This document shows positions 34,377 through 48,000 of a DNA stretch of 64,000 bases, in pieces (the first letter of the stretch is position 1; each line of letters starts with the position of its first letter). The notes below the pieces were generated by a model, which saw nothing but the letters and a program-made list of their open reading frames with translations, was not told the DNA's origin and made no database searches. The position numbers were made by a program, and so were the translations under genes. Origin of the DNA: Caecitellus pseudoparvulus. Its lineage: Eukaryota > Protista > Bigyra: Bicosoecida. The DNA lies in the NCBI GenBank assembly GCA_965644315.1, contig CBFFRQ010000018.1, forward strand, positions 868,001 to 932,000, written 5' to 3'.

Positions 34377-37300
34377 ATGGCGTCTGTCGCTCCAGCTGCT
34401 GTAGAGGAGGCGGCGGGTGGGAGTTCTGCGGATTTTGAGCGGCAAGGCAGTGCCAGTGCAGAGCAGCTGCTAGGCGCCTTGGCCTCGGAAGAATTGAGCC
34501 GTTCAAGCTCCAAGAGCTCCGCTGACAGCGAGTCACTCATGTCTCCGAAGAACGCCCTGGAAGCGGCAGAGTCTCTGGAGCGCCAGAGGCCAGTGATTGC
34601 TCAGGTGTGTGGGAGTCATGCGTTGCAGCGTTTCTGTGGCGCTCGTCTGGCACGCTTGGTGTGAACCTTCCTCTCGTTATCAGGCGGAGAAGCACATGCG
34701 CAAGTCCATGTTCAATAAGGGACGATCGAGATTCCTTCCCACTGGCCCGAGGCAGTTCGGCAAGATGGGGGTGGGCGTGGGGCTTTACTTTCGATTGCTG
34801 GTAAGGGGTGGGCAACAGGTGTGGCCTGGCTTTGCATTTCATCCCCGCACTACTTTGCGCCTCGCAGCGGGACTTTGCTTTCTTGTTCTGTGTGCTGTCA
34901 TTGATATCAGTGCCTTCCCTCTTGGTAGTTTCGGCGGGCCACGGCTTCGCGTCCGGGGAAGCTGGGCCACTTGGGCTCGCCTCCTATTCGTACGTCGCGG
35001 CCTAGAGGGAGGAGTGAAAGTGCTGCTCATTGTGCCGTTTTTGCCCCATGCACAGGATTGCGAATCTGGCGCACGAAGAAGGCGTGTTCTTCAACTACAC
35101 AACCTGCACCGAGCAGGGCGGAAAGGGCTGCGCCACAGGGGGTGAGCTAGATGTACCTGCGCTCGGCCAAGCACTGACCTTGCCTGACATGGCACTTGTG
35201 GTTTCCGCAATGGACTTCATTTGTTCTTGTGTCTTCATTGGATTCGTGACGTGGATGTGGACAGCTGCTCAGCATGAAGTGTCCAGCAACGACCTGGACA
35301 ACGTCACTCCTGCCGACTACACAGTGTTCGTGCAAGGTTTGCCAACAGACGTCACCCGCGAGCAAGTGGTCCAGCATTTTAACAGTCTCTATGACTTGTT
35401 CAAGGAGGACCGGGTGCACCGCCCGTGTTGCCGCCAGCCGTACAAGCGCCCAACAATGGCGGAGGAGACGCCAGAGGCTCTCGAGAAGATCCTGCTGAAG
35501 AACCCGGCAGGTTTCGGGTACCAGGGGGCAGCGTTTAAGCGCACAACTGCTGCATCTGTCAAGCAAGCTTTGTACAGTGACAAGCCGGAGCTGTTCGAAG
35601 GCACGTTCATTGCCAACGTGGAGCTCGTGTACCCCATCGGAGCGCTGGTCCGTCGCATTTCTCGGCTGGAGAAGCTGCACGCGAGGTTTGCTCACGCGAA
35701 AGCTGAAGTGGACCGCTTGCAGGAGCAAGGGAAGTCCGCCTCCCGTGTTGAGAAGCTGAAGGCATCCGTGAAGTCGATGGAAGCGGGGCTGGCAAAGTTG
35801 CAGCAGAAGGCTGTGGCGGCGAAGGGCACTGACGTCCTCGGCGCCTTCGTGACTTTCAACAACGAAGAGTCTTTCCGAAGGTGCATGGATGACTTCAAGG
35901 GAAGTGACACATGGTGTGGCCGTCGTGCTCAGGAGCGCGCGCTTCGTTGGCAACAGGTGCACGCGCTGCAAGTCACGCAAGCACCAGAACCCAGCAACAT
36001 CATCTGGGAGCACCTGGAAGTCACACCCAGCGAGCGCTTCTTGCGACAGTCCTTTTCAAACTGTCTCATGTTGGTGCTGTTGCTCGTGTCATTCGCGGTG
36101 ATCTTGTCGGCCAAGTCACAGGAAGCTGCCTTTCGCAAAGACGTTCCAAGCGCAGCGGTGTGCAACGCAGAGCTGCCGGCCTCAGCCTTTGGTGCATACG
36201 ATGCGATACCCGGGAAGTGGGGGTACACGCGTGGAGATCCGGACTTGCAAGCGCAGTGTTCCGCTGGGGTCCCTGGCACCGAAACGATGTGGATTGTGGA
36301 CGAGTCGTCGGGCACGGTGCCACCGGCCAACTTTTCCTCCCTTTGCCACTCACCATGCGTCAAGTCAAGTGACTCAGCCGCAGTTTGCGAAACCATTGAT
36401 GGAAAGTCTGCCTTTGCTCCCAATGCCCGCATCGGCTGCTACTGTCTGCAGCAGCTCGTCACACTCGTGCAGGAGGAAGGCCTTCAAGATGGTCCTCGGA
36501 CACTTGTGGACACAGAGGGATCGCTTTGCACTGATTTCGCAGAAGGGTACATTTCTTTGCAGGGCATCGTTGTGGCAGCGACGCTCGTGGTTGTCATCAT
36601 CAACTTCGTCCTCACCATGCTGCTAACACGTGCGACCAAGTATGAGCGCCACATGACTGTGTCAGCCGAAACGGTGGCCATCGCCAACAAGATTTTCACT
36701 GCCCAGGTGCTCAACTCGGCCGTCATCTTTGTTCTCGTCAATGCCAGTCTGCCAGGACTTAGCTACGTTGGTCTGTCATGGTTGTCGGAGCTGGGCGTGT
36801 TCAGTGGAGACTTTAGCAGCTTCAGCAAGGGCTGGTACGCCGCTGTTGGAGCCAGCATTGCCTTCACGCAAGTGCTGGATATTTTCATCCCCCACATTTT
36901 CCCTGTGCTCCAGGCGCTTATTCTCTTCCCGTACCAGCGTCGTTCAAGCCAGAAGGCTGCTGTGTCCCAGGCGGAGCTCAACGAAGCGTACACCCCCCCG
37001 CCCCTGGACATCGGCAAGAGGTACCCTGTCATGCTCAAGGCCATCTTTGTGTGCATGCTGTTTTCGTCTGGCATGCCGATCTTGTATGTGATCACGGCTG
37101 TGCACCTCTGGGTCATGTACCTGCTGGAAAAAGGACTCATGCTGTACTTTTACTCCCGTCCACCTGCTCTGGATGAGCACATTGCCCTGGACGCACTTCG
37201 AGGCATGCCCGTGGCGGTGTTGTTGCACCTGGCCCTTGCAGTGTGGATGTTCGGGGACCCGGAGACCACAGAGTCAACCACTGTGCTCGCAGAGGTCCTG

Positions 37301-38140
37301 GAGCGAGGTGTGGAGACTCCCTACCCTGAAGTCAACCAACTCATGCAAAACGATCAGCAGGACCTTGCTGAGCAAGTTCTGTATGATCGATTCCGCGAAG
37401 AATCCTCCTCCTATGACCCGGGGGGGCTCCTGCCCCGCATCGTGCGCTCCAACACGCTGCCGTCTTTCATCTTGCTCCTGCTGCTTGTCTTGTTGCTGTT
37501 GCTGCGGCAGTTGGGTGTGTTACAGCTGCTCCTGAAGGTGCTGCACTCTGTGTTCAAGCTGGTGACGTGCAACTTTGCGTGTGCGCCGTGTCTTCGACAC
37601 GAACCCCCTCTTGCCGACGAGGGCAACCCGCCCTATGCTGGGAAGTTCTATCACCTGATGCCACCGAAGGCCAACGTCCACCTCTCCCCCGACGAAAAAG
37701 CCCAAGGCTGGATGGTGGTGCCCGACACCATTCGAGGCGGCAACCTGAAGATGCGCGTTCGAGTGTGGATGGAAGAAGGCGATGCATACGGCATGCACCA
37801 CGAGCAGGGGGATGCCATGCATACATTCGAGGTGATGGGAGATGTCATGGTGCATTCCTACAGCATTCATGAAAACCCAAAGTACATGGAGGTTGCCAGA
37901 GTAGTGCACCTCTCCCCCGAAGCTTTGCAGGCCCATGTTGCGGCCATCGGCAAAGGCGGTGCGGGAACAACAGAGGCTGCCAGCCAAGGAGAAAGCACCC
38001 CTGCAGAGGTGAACGAAGACGAAATGGCGGCTTGGTTGGCTGGCACAGACGACGCAGAAGCCCCCGGTGGGAAGCCAGAGACAGCATCAGAGGTGCCGAA
38101 GCCCGAGGATGAAGCTGCAGAACAAGTTCCCTCAATGTGA
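34377..38140 (+). CDS. OSCA/TMEM63 (CSC1-like) mechanosensitive cation channel
   Basis: ATG 34377 with 5' introns; MGVGVGLYF, TPADYTVFVQGLP, AFVTFNNE, APEPSNIIWEHL, GDFSSFSKGWYAAVG, SQAELNEAY, FSSGMP, many TM helices. Confidence 0.92.
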
Positions 38141-38163
38141 AGAATGCAAACCAGCGAGCCGCG

Positions 38164-39399
38164 TCATTGCTTGCTGTTCCCATTTGAGCTGAGGGCCTTT
38201 CTGTTCTTTCGCCACCAATCAGCTGGTGGCAGCGAGCAGCCTTCTTTCGTGCTGCACAAGTGTCCAAGCGTGTAATGTGCCTTGCCAGGGAGGGTGATGA
38301 GCGGGGAGTCAGGGTTAGGCCGCTCCGCCCTGTCCTCAGAGCCAGGCTGCATAAGAACATGTGCTGGAGGAGCGAAGGGTGCCAACAAAGCAGCGTCAGC
38401 TGCCTCAACGACGTGCTCTTCAAGTAGGAGCGGGAAAAAGGGGAAGCCCACCGCCCGCTGTAGGGATGAGAGCGGCACCAAGAAGTCCGTGAGGGGAGTG
38501 GCAGCATCAATGGGCGCATTTGGAAGCAAGACTGCCAGAATGTCGCCATGGTTCGCGTTGGCTTCTTCGCCGCGCTGCTCTACGAGAATGACCTTGAAGA
38601 AGTGTGTTGGCACCCCCACCAGTCCGACGGTTGGGGAGCCTACCCAAGGGTGCATACTCCACCAGCGCGACTCCGGATGCTTCAACCCATGAGGACTAAG
38701 GCTCTTGCGAACGACCGTCAGCTCCTGGACAATACTGTTTGGGGCATGCGCTGGGTGCCGAGGAAGGAAGGCGGGGCCTGAGAACACGTGCACAGTGTGG
38801 CCCCTAGCCCGCAGCATCCTCGCTAGTTGCTCAATTCGGGCCCAGTAGTCCCGGTTCAAGCCACGGCCCACCTGGGGCGTGATGTTGGACATGCGGAAGG
38901 TGGCGTCCATGGCGTGCTGGGAGTGCTTGTGGTCAGCTGCCGGAGCCATGTGCCCTCGGTCCAGGCCGCTGCCTGCGTAGGCGTGGTGCTGGACCTGCAG
39001 GCGGGGTGGCATGCTCCCGTCGACGTGGAAGCAGCTGCGGCCCCTGTTGGGCGACGGCCTGTCTTCCTGGGAGTTGTTGTTTTCCTGCTTTACGAAGTGC
39101 TTGCTCAGCCTCTCGTACACCCACGCCGGAGTTTTGTGGGCGCCGTCCAGGCCCAGCGTGAAGGTGTCGCAGTGTCTTACATCTGTCAGTGTTGGATAAC
39201 CGTATGGGGGTCCGTACTGAGTGCGCTGCGCATCCCTCTTCAGGTCTGCAAGCTGTTGCTCCAGGCCTACAAGGTGCAGCGGGGTGGCAGTTTCGTCTGC
39301 GTTTCCGGCACACTGCACTGCGCTCCAAGAGCCCCCCAAGACACAGACACTGGCAGCCTGGGCAAGGCGCGCCCACCTGGGGCAAAGAGTAGAAGCCAT
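38164..39399 (-). CDS. ENDOG: Endonuclease G-like DNA/RNA non-specific endonuclease
   Basis: KTPAWVYERL, YAGSGLDRGHMAPAAD, ATFRMSNITPQVGRGLNRDYWARIE, VPTHFFKVIL, LPNAPID. Confidence 0.93.
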   Translation of the reverse strand: MASTLCPRWARLAQAASVCVLGGSWSAVQCAGNADETATPLHLVGLEQQLADLKRDAQRTQYGPPYGYPTLTDVRHCDTFTLGLDGAHKTPAWVYERLSKHFVKQENNNSQEDRPSPNRGRSCFHVDGSMPPRLQVQHHAYAGSGLDRGHMAPAADHKHSQHAMDATFRMSNITPQVGRGLNRDYWARIEQLARMLRARGHTVHVFSGPAFLPRHPAHAPNSIVQELTVVRKSLSPHGLKHPESRWWSMHPWVGSPTVGLVGVPTHFFKVILVEQRGEEANANHGDILAVLLPNAPIDAATPLTDFLVPLSSLQRAVGFPFFPLLLEEHVVEAADAALLAPFAPPAHVLMQPGSEDRAERPNPDSPLITLPGKAHYTLGHLCSTKEGCSLPPADWWRKNRKALSSNGNSKQ

Positions 39400-39444
39400 G
39401 GCGGGAAGGGTAAGCTGGCTGGCGGACAGCACGCATGGAAAGGC

Positions 39445-41958
39445 TCATGATTTGTCAAGGCCATCCTGATGGTGAGGGCTCCAACCCAGCACAGGGGCGG
39501 GGGATGGCACCCACTCCCCCCACGTTTTCTCCCAGTCCGCAGTCGGGCACACGCCGGCAAAGTCCCCAGCACTCCCACTATGCGTCCATGGGTCCACGGT
39601 CATGATTTGAAAGTGCAAGTGCGGAGGCCAGCCGCCATTGGTTGGCGCCTCTCCCACCCACCCTATCAAGTCCCCAGCTTCAACTGCGAAACCTTGGCTG
39701 GTGGAGAGAACATGCCCAGTTGAGTCTGCTGGGGACATGCTTGCCCCTCCAGCATGGGCGCGGTGCTGCCACAGCTGGTAGGTGCGAGGCGAGCAGTGCC
39801 CGTACAGGGAGAACCAAGCCTGCTGGTCATCTCCGTGCCTTAGAATGAGGGCAGGGCCGTAGTCCAGTGCGTTTGTGTTTACAGCAAAGGAGTGCACGCT
39901 CCCTGCAGCGGGCGCGAAGAGGGGGGTGTGGGCCGGCACCATGAGATCCACGCCTAAATGCAGAGTGCGCGCCGAGGCCGCTGCGGAGCCTGCTTTGAAG
40001 TGCTCGGATTGATAGATGGCCCGGTCTTCTCCATACTTCCCCCAGCCTACTGCAGCACCTGCCTCCACCATCTGCCTGAATGCCGACTTTGAGAATGCGG
40101 CCATGCGTGCCGCCTCGAAGCCGCTGCTGGACACCAGTTCTCCACCGCCAGCGGAAAAGTCGAACACAGACACCACACCAGGTGTACCAAGTACATGTGG
40201 TAGCAGTGCTGAGGCCGCACAGGGCTTACAGGGGCCCGCGGCGAGGGGCGGCAGCAAGTATGCCGGGGGTGGCGGGGACGCCCAAACAGTGACAGGTTCT
40301 TCTCCTAGCTCCCCACGCGACCAGTCCCGCGCAGCAGCGAGGGATGGAAGGCTGTAACGCCCCAGGTCCCCACCTGGTAGCAGCTGCTGCAGTGTGGTCT
40401 CGCTGCTCGTTTCAAACCCTGCCTGCCCTTGTTCGGGCAAGAATCCGCACAAGGCTAACAGGTGCTGGACCAGGCCGCTGCCGCTGTGGTCTGCGAGTCC
40501 CTCGATGTGCGTGCCTGGTGGGAAAATCGGTTGGGACAGGAGAAAGTGAAGGAGCGCGAGCGCTGGCTGAGCGTGGATGCTGGCGTAGCTGGCAGCAGCC
40601 CCAGCACCGCTGCACCGACGGGCTGCCGCGACAAGGGATTGTGTGCACCTGGCGGCCATGAGGCTGGGCAGCACGGAGATCTCAGCAGGGGTCAAGGGAA
40701 GCCGGCTGTGCCAGCCACAAACCAAGGCGCTGAGGACTGCGCAGGGGTCCGGCGCTTGCATGCAGGCATACGTGGCGAGGATGGCCAAGTCATAAATGAG
40801 GAAGCCACGGGACATGTCGTCAAAGTCAATGATGCCAGAGACCTCCCAGGCCATGTTAGTGCCCCTCTTGACGAGGATGTTGTGGTCGTTGAGGTCGCCA
40901 TGGATCCACCCTGGCGGGCAGCTGGCGTGAACGACAGGCAGCGCCACTGCTCGCCACAGGAACATGCCAGCACGAAGAGCGGACAGGAAACCACCCAAAG
41001 ACTCATGTGAAGCAGCCAGCTCTTCCAGCGGGCGCAGGGCCTCTTCAGTAGCGCCCGGACACGACAAGTTCCACTCCTTCGCAACTAAAGTGGGTGAGCT
41101 CGAAGTTGGGCATGGTGTGCATGGGTCAGCAGCACACGGCAAGCCCTGCATCCAGCGTGGAAGCGGTGGAAGCTTGCAATCGTCAGACCGGATGCCCCGC
41201 AAGAAGCGTTCCACTCCTGCAGCCGTCGGCGTTGCGAACCCAAGCGGCTTGGCTGCGGTCCCACCTGCCACGGAGGTCTTCAGTTGCACGGGGTCAGGCT
41301 GCCATGTCTGTAGAGCGGCTGTAACAGCCGCCCCTGCAGCAGCCACTGCAACGAATCCGTTTGTATCCACTGACCCTTTCATCGTCGGGCAGAGTGGTAC
41401 ATGGGAGGCGATGTTGCTGGCTGGAGACAGCAATGCATGAACAGTTTGCTCAGTAGGCGCTGCGTGTTGCGTGGCTTGCCACAGCGCCTCCCCCGGGAAG
41501 CATGGCATCAGTATTGCAAGGCGGTGGGAGGAGTCACTCGCCACAGGCGCCCAATCAGCAACAGGGCGTGCCCCGATTGCCGTTTGCTTGAGCGGAGGCA
41601 CATGGGCACAGGCGCTTGACACGTGCAGGGACGCGGCGGCACGAAGCATGACCTGGCTGGCAATTTCTGAACTGCCAACTGAGAAGAGTTTTAGAATCCA
41701 TGCCTGGGCTGCGTCGCTGAGCTTGAAGACTTCGCATTCACCCTGTCAAAGCGCAGGGAGCACGTGAGAGGAACCAGTTTCCGCACGCCACCAAAACGTT
41801 GACCGAACCTCAAGCCTCTGTACGTGGCACTCTGACACGTCCAGTCCCCAGAGAAACCCAACATGCTCAAGTAGAGCCGCGTGAGCTGCATCTTCAACTT
41901 CTGCGCCGCGTCCACCTGGATTAGGCAGCACCTGGTCTGCCTCGGCGGCAGCAGCCAT
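39445..41958 (-). CDS. APH/hydroxylysine-kinase-like phosphotransferase fused to an M23 metallopeptidase domain
   Basis: ATG 41958 and intron 41743-41808 splice in frame to the 734-aa ORF. Kinase motifs WILKLF, IHGDLNDHNILV, GIIDFDD; M23 motifs HLGVD, LYGHCS, NGGWPPHLHFQIM. Confidence 0.88.
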
Positions 41959-42046
41959 GCTGGCCAACGTGCTGCAAAGAGCGGCGTTTCAGACTCAGAC
42001 GTGCATTGAATACAAACAACCTTCTACACATCAGGATTTTGCCGGC

Positions 42047-45000
42047 TCACCGTTTTTGTGCTTTGCCCATGGGTCGGCCGGTGGTGGGGGGCTGCTCATC
42101 CTCCAGCATGTCGCCATCGTCTGCTGAAAACATTAGTATGGCAGATTCATCGCTCAGTGAGCCGTACTCGGCATCAGAAGCGGCGACGGTGTTAATGGCG
42201 CGATGCACGTCGTGAAAGATGTCCAGTCGTACCTGAACGTCCGACGGCACCGTCGCGACGAGGGTGTGGACAGCGAACACTCGCTCCCCCAAGCGCCGGA
42301 TGCGGGGCAGAATGCTAAAGATGAGGGCGAGCACCAACATGACCAGCATGATGCCGATCACAGTTTGAGAGGTCACTAAGGCAAGGGGAGGAATATCCAG
42401 AGCCGCCTTGTGGAAGCTGCGCCCTAATTCGGTGCTGATGGAAACCATGTGCGGCTGCACAAGCGTGCTGAGCAGCTGCAGCCGCCGCAGGTTTTCGGAG
42501 CCTGGGCCGAAGACCAGCGCATTGTACGCCTGGGATGAGCCCATGGCAGCACTCAGCTGAGTACTGTTCACGCCAGCGGAAATGCTGCCTTGCTCCATGG
42601 CCTTGGCAAGCTGACCGGCAGTTGCCGCGAAGCGAAGCACGCCTCCTTGCAGCCCTCGCGCAGCCAGGATACCATCGTCAATGTCACCACAGGCTGTCGA
42701 GTTGACATCGACCTGGGCCAATCTGCAGGCATTTCCCGTGAGAACGGCGACTGCGGAATGGCTTTCCTCAAGCCCGGGCAATGCGTTACCAGTCAGCCGC
42801 CCACCTGAAGAGCCTCGCAGCAGAAGGGCAGAAAACTGCACTGCAGACGACGTCAGCTCCTGCAGGTCATCTTCAATGCCAGGAATCCGGCCAGATCGGT
42901 AGAGAGCTGCTGCTCCCCCCAGCATCCGCAGCAGGGCCGTGGATGTCTCGGAGGCAATGCCAAGGGATGCAAACGTTCGCTCAGCCTTGATGAACAGGTC
43001 TTGCGTCGTCTGAGCCCAGTTCCAGAACAGCAGCACGGTGGCAATGAGCACCAAAACAGTGGGCAGCATGAGCTTGAATAAGGTCCTGTACGGGAATGAA
43101 AACCAGCTCTTTTGCAGCAGCTTGACCTTGCGCGGGCGCATGGGAGTGCTCCCCCCCGACAGCTTCCCAGGTGCAGAGGGTTTGCGGCGCCGATCAAGGG
43201 CAGCAGGGCTAATGGTGACTCGGTGGTGGGCATGGCGAGCCTCCCCTTCTTCAGTTGTAGTGGGCCCTGCTGCGCTGATATCAGAGGTCGCGCCAGCATA
43301 CCGCAGTGCGATGCCTGCGTTGGACGGGTTGGGGAGAGACGTGACCCGTCCTGCCCTGGCTGTTGGAGACATGCCGCTGGACAGCCCAGACCTGCTTCGA
43401 GCAGCCTTGAGGTGTACGAGTGGCGGTATGTGCATGCTTGGGATGCGCGAGATGGAGCCAGGGGGCCCAGGGGTTGTCCAGTCTCCCATCAACTCCACGT
43501 CTGCCGGCTCCTCGTCTTCATCAGAATCCACCATGGCTTCTTCCTCATATGACACAAGTGCCATGTGTGATCGGGCATCAGCTTGCGCCTGCACGGCCAA
43601 GGTGCGGGCTTTCCGGCGAGGAATGGTGGCAATGGCGCCCAGGACAAGTTTGCGGTGGGCTTCCAGGTCGGACACCATCCACAGCGCAGCCAAGCTGACG
43701 AGCAGCACAGCCACTGCCAGGCCACCGAAGGTGATGAAGAGGTCCATGGTTTCTCTCGCACTTGACCAGGACATGGCCTCCCGTTCCAGCTCCGCCGATG
43801 TCTTCGGCAGCGCCTCCTGCAGCAGCACGGCGCTGGCATTCAGGACGTCGGCCACCGCAGGGCTGCGAAGTGTGACGTCTTCGACAGGAAGGGCATTTAT
43901 GACGTGAAGCTGGGAAAGGAGCCACCCCGTGGCTTCAAACGGAGACAGCGTCAAGACACTGCCGTCTCGCTGTGGCAGCTCCACCAGGTAGTCGTCAAAC
44001 CCAACGCCGAGGTGTTCCTTGTAGAACGTGTGTGCCTCTTGCAACGCATCTGCCGCTCTGCCCAGGCCAGCGACCTCGACAGCAAGCAGCTCATCTTGCA
44101 ACTCTGCGCTCTGCACGGAAATCCCGTCGTTGTGCAGGACCAGTCCTTGCACGAGCGCGACTGCAGCGGACGCGTGCCGAACTCGAAGGGCAGAGTTCAT
44201 GAGGGCTTCCAGCATGTGCGTGGCGATGTCCATGGCCTGTTCGCGCAGGACGAGGACAGTCGCCGAGTATGCGCCCCACATGATGAGCTGGAAGAAGAAC
44301 AACCACCGCATGCGCCCGATGCTGGGGTGGGAGCGGCGGGAGGAGATGGCCTCCAGCACGCGCTTGTTAAAGTTTCGACCCGTGGAGGAAGCGCCAGTCT
44401 GATAGGACATGGCCATGCTGCGATCAGCACTGCCGCTTTCATTCCCCGTGTCGTCGCTGTCCATGTGGGAAAGGTCCGGCCGGTGCTCGGTCTCAACCGG
44501 CGGGGTGTGGGCACGGGGCGGGGCGTCTGTGATGACGGTGGGTCGGTCTTTCAGCTTGACAGGCGCCATGTCGGAGCTGGAGCGCTCCAGGTGTCCCTCA
44601 TCAGGTTCTTCTCCATCCGCTTCGCCGTCTTCAGTGTCGCTCAGCAGTGCAGATGCCGTCGAGTCGGTGGCAGAGGTGCTCTGCAGAGCAGCTTCTGGGA
44701 CCACAACGGCCGTGTGACTCGGGCGGTGAGTTCGGGGAGGGTGAGGCTTCTTGGCCTGCAGCACATCATCATGGCTCTTGGGTCGCCGAATCTTGGCAAG
44801 ATGCGGGCGATCGGCTGGCGCTGCCCTGGAGCTGGCGCTTTGCTCACTAGCAACCTTGCCTGGGAGATCACCAGCGCTGGCCCCCGTCACTGGGCACCGA
44901 CTGCCAGGGGAGAGAGCTTTGGAGTCGCCATGCGGATCAGGATGAGGGCCTGCGGGACACTCCCTGCTCGAGTCATCCACAGCAGCCCGGGAGCCCGCGA

Positions 45001-48000
45001 AGGGACACTTTGCGAACTCAAACGTGCTCCCGGTTGGGTTGGCGCCCCCAAGCGCGCTGGGAGACAGCGTTCTGGCAGGCGGGCGTGGCCTGACGATAGA
45101 ATGCCGCGTAGGCCGCAGCTTCGAGGCTGGCCCCTTGCCAGCCTTGGAATGGGACGGCGGCGCCCCAGCAGCTCGGCGCCAGGAAAGCAAGTGCACCTTG
45201 TCTGAAATGAACGGCACTGAGAGCACTTGAATGACGGCCATAACGCCACTAACTGATGCGTTGCATGCCCGGAGGTGGCTGAAGGTGCGGCCGTTCTTCT
45301 TGAACGTGGGAAGCTGGGAGGCCTGCTCGACGGTGAAGTCGGCCCCCGTGGAGGAACTCCGGGCGCCAGCAGCGCCCTCCGACTCTGTCAGTCCCAGCTC
45401 CTCCCGCTGTGCGCGCCAGACGCTGGCATAGGAAGGGTCAATCTCAGGGAAGTAGTGCACAATGGACACCGACGTGTCGCTGTCAGTGAGCTCCGAGTAG
45501 GAGAGGTGCATGAGGCTGTACCCGGCAGAGTCAGCCGCGTACACTGGGTACCCCTGAGACATGCCCCCGAATAGGATGTGGTGCTCTGGGCATCGCAGCG
45601 GCTGCATGAGCATGGTGAACTGTGGCGCGGAGCTGCCTTCCAGGGGTGGGCTCTCCCGCAGTGTGCCTCGGAGGGGCAGCAGGTTCCCCGCCGCGTCAAT
45701 GGCCAGCAAGTGCCGCGTGCTGCCCATCAACTTGCCCCGCCCTGTGCGAGCGTAAATCTCCAGGAACTTGGAGTGGATGTCAGCGATGGGGGAGGGGATG
45801 AGGGAGTTGATGTTGGTGCCCAGCATGGCAGACTTGGGGCGCAGGAACATACGCGCAGCGACACTGTTCACCTCCGTGATTTCGCCAAGCCGTGCAGCGT
45901 CCCCGCTGCACATGACCAGTGCTGCCGTCTCGTCCAGCTTCAAGTGCATGCCGTTGCGCTCAAACATGCGGAAGTGCTTCACTTCACGCTGGGCTTGGTT
46001 CAGCGCGGCAGCTTCCTGCCGCTCAACCTGGGCTTGTAGAGCCTTCCCAGCTGGGAGATCCTGCCGGATGCGCAAGAGGTACACTGCATACGCCCGCATG
46101 ACCTTAGTGGAGTCTGGGTTGAGTTCCTTCAGCGCCCTGAAGGCGCTGTCGATCCCCGTTAGGCAGTCGTGCAGGGACTCCGCGACTGCCTGCACGACCC
46201 ACCTCTCTGGCGCGGAGCCCATGAGCTCGCTCCACAAGCGGATTTGAGCCTTGTACCACTGCCGCTGGAAGCGCATCATGCTGGAGTAATGCTGGTCAAA
46301 GAGCACGCGCTCCCAGGTGGTCAGGTCTCCATCACCCGCCCCCTTGGTGCGCATGCCACGAAGGTGCTGCAGGCGGTTCTCGACCCAGAACGCGACGTCC
46401 AGTGGCGCCGCTCCATTCCGGGAAATGGTGGAGAGCGCCATGATCTCCATGAAGTTATTGTCCAGGGCCCACCGTCTGACGTCTGCCAGCAGCAGCAGCA
46501 GCATGGGGGACAGCTTGGAGTCAGCGTTGCGTGCTTCCAGCTCGGCGTGCACCAGTCGCTCAATTTCTGATGCCAGCACTCCTCGCCCTGACGACAAGTC
46601 ATACTCGAACTGAGAGTTGTTCCCCATTCGCGTGATGGTGGAGGAAGGCCCAGAGCCACTGTGTATCGCGCCGCCACCCCCTGCGAGCATCTCGTGAGCC
46701 TTTTGAGCGGCTGCCACAGTCGTGTGCAAACCTCGCATGGAGGGCGAGGGTGGCAGCGCCGCTGGAGTCGTTGGCCCGGCTTTGGGGCTATCTGGATACG
46801 GAGACGGTGTGGTTGCCCCATCAGCGTCTGGTTGTGGTGCAAACTTCACCCCAGCGCGCCAGCCCACAACGTCACCGGCAAGCCCCGTGCTGCCGGCCGA
46901 GGCGCTATCAGCTCCTTCGCCCTCACCGCCAGACTGGGCGCCAGACGCAGCGCGCTGCTGGCGATGCTCCTGGGTGTTCATGAGGGCCAGCACAGAGACA
47001 AGGCTGCTGCTGGAAGCCCCATCCCGGTGCACTGACGCAGAGAGCAGGGCACCCCCAACTGCCCAGACTGCCTCCCTGCTCTGTGTACCTCCGTGTCGCA
47101 GGAGGAATGCGAGGTGGAGGCGGGCTCGCACCCACAAGGACAGCTGAGCATCGGAAGTGATGTCCATCGTTCGGGCCTGCAACACCCTGTTCCTGTGTGC
47201 TGTGACAACAAGCGGCGTTGCCAGTGCACAGATGACTGAGCCTGACAAGAACAACAAGTCAACGCCGCCGGACGGCTTGAAGAGCAGCTGCAGGATGAAG
47301 CACAGCGTGCACCAGGCGAAGGCAGCACCAAAAGCAGCTTGGATGGTGTTCATGGTAGGGGCACTGTGGGGCTGCCGGATGATGAACTCCCGCAGCCAGA
47401 GAATGCTGACGAAGACGAGAACTGTTGCGGCAAGCCAGCCAGGTATGTCCTCTGCCCCGACGATGCCGTACAGGAGAATGAGGAAGACACGGGCTGCAAG
47501 GAGCGTGACAGTGGCTCGGCCATCCACTGCTGCATGCCAGTCATCAGTGCCTGGGCGCCTGTCCACGAAGAGGCCGACAAAGAGCCCCGCCAGCAGAGAG
47601 AAACTCGCTGCGACGACGCCGGAGAATACTGCCAACACGAGGTGCCCTGCATCCCAGCAGCCTCCCTGCAAGACCAGGGACACGCCTTCAGCGACGATAC
47701 CCTTACAACCCACAAATTCCACCAGAGATCCTGGGCGCAGGGAAGTGGCGCGGCGTGAGACAACGCTGGCGGCGGCGTGTGCCCGAAGCTCTGATCTGCG
47801 CTGCACGGCAAGCACGCACCGACGATCGGCATGAACAAGAATGTGGCGCTGATGAATGCGACGGTCCGCCAAATCTGCAGGGTCGCAGCTTCAGGCGGGC
47901 GTTGTTGGCTGTGGAGGCAGGGGAGCAGGCAAGTGCAATGCGCTGGCGCGTCTGCAGCTGACGCCGACGTGCGCAGGCAGCACCCACGTCGAAGCCCAGC

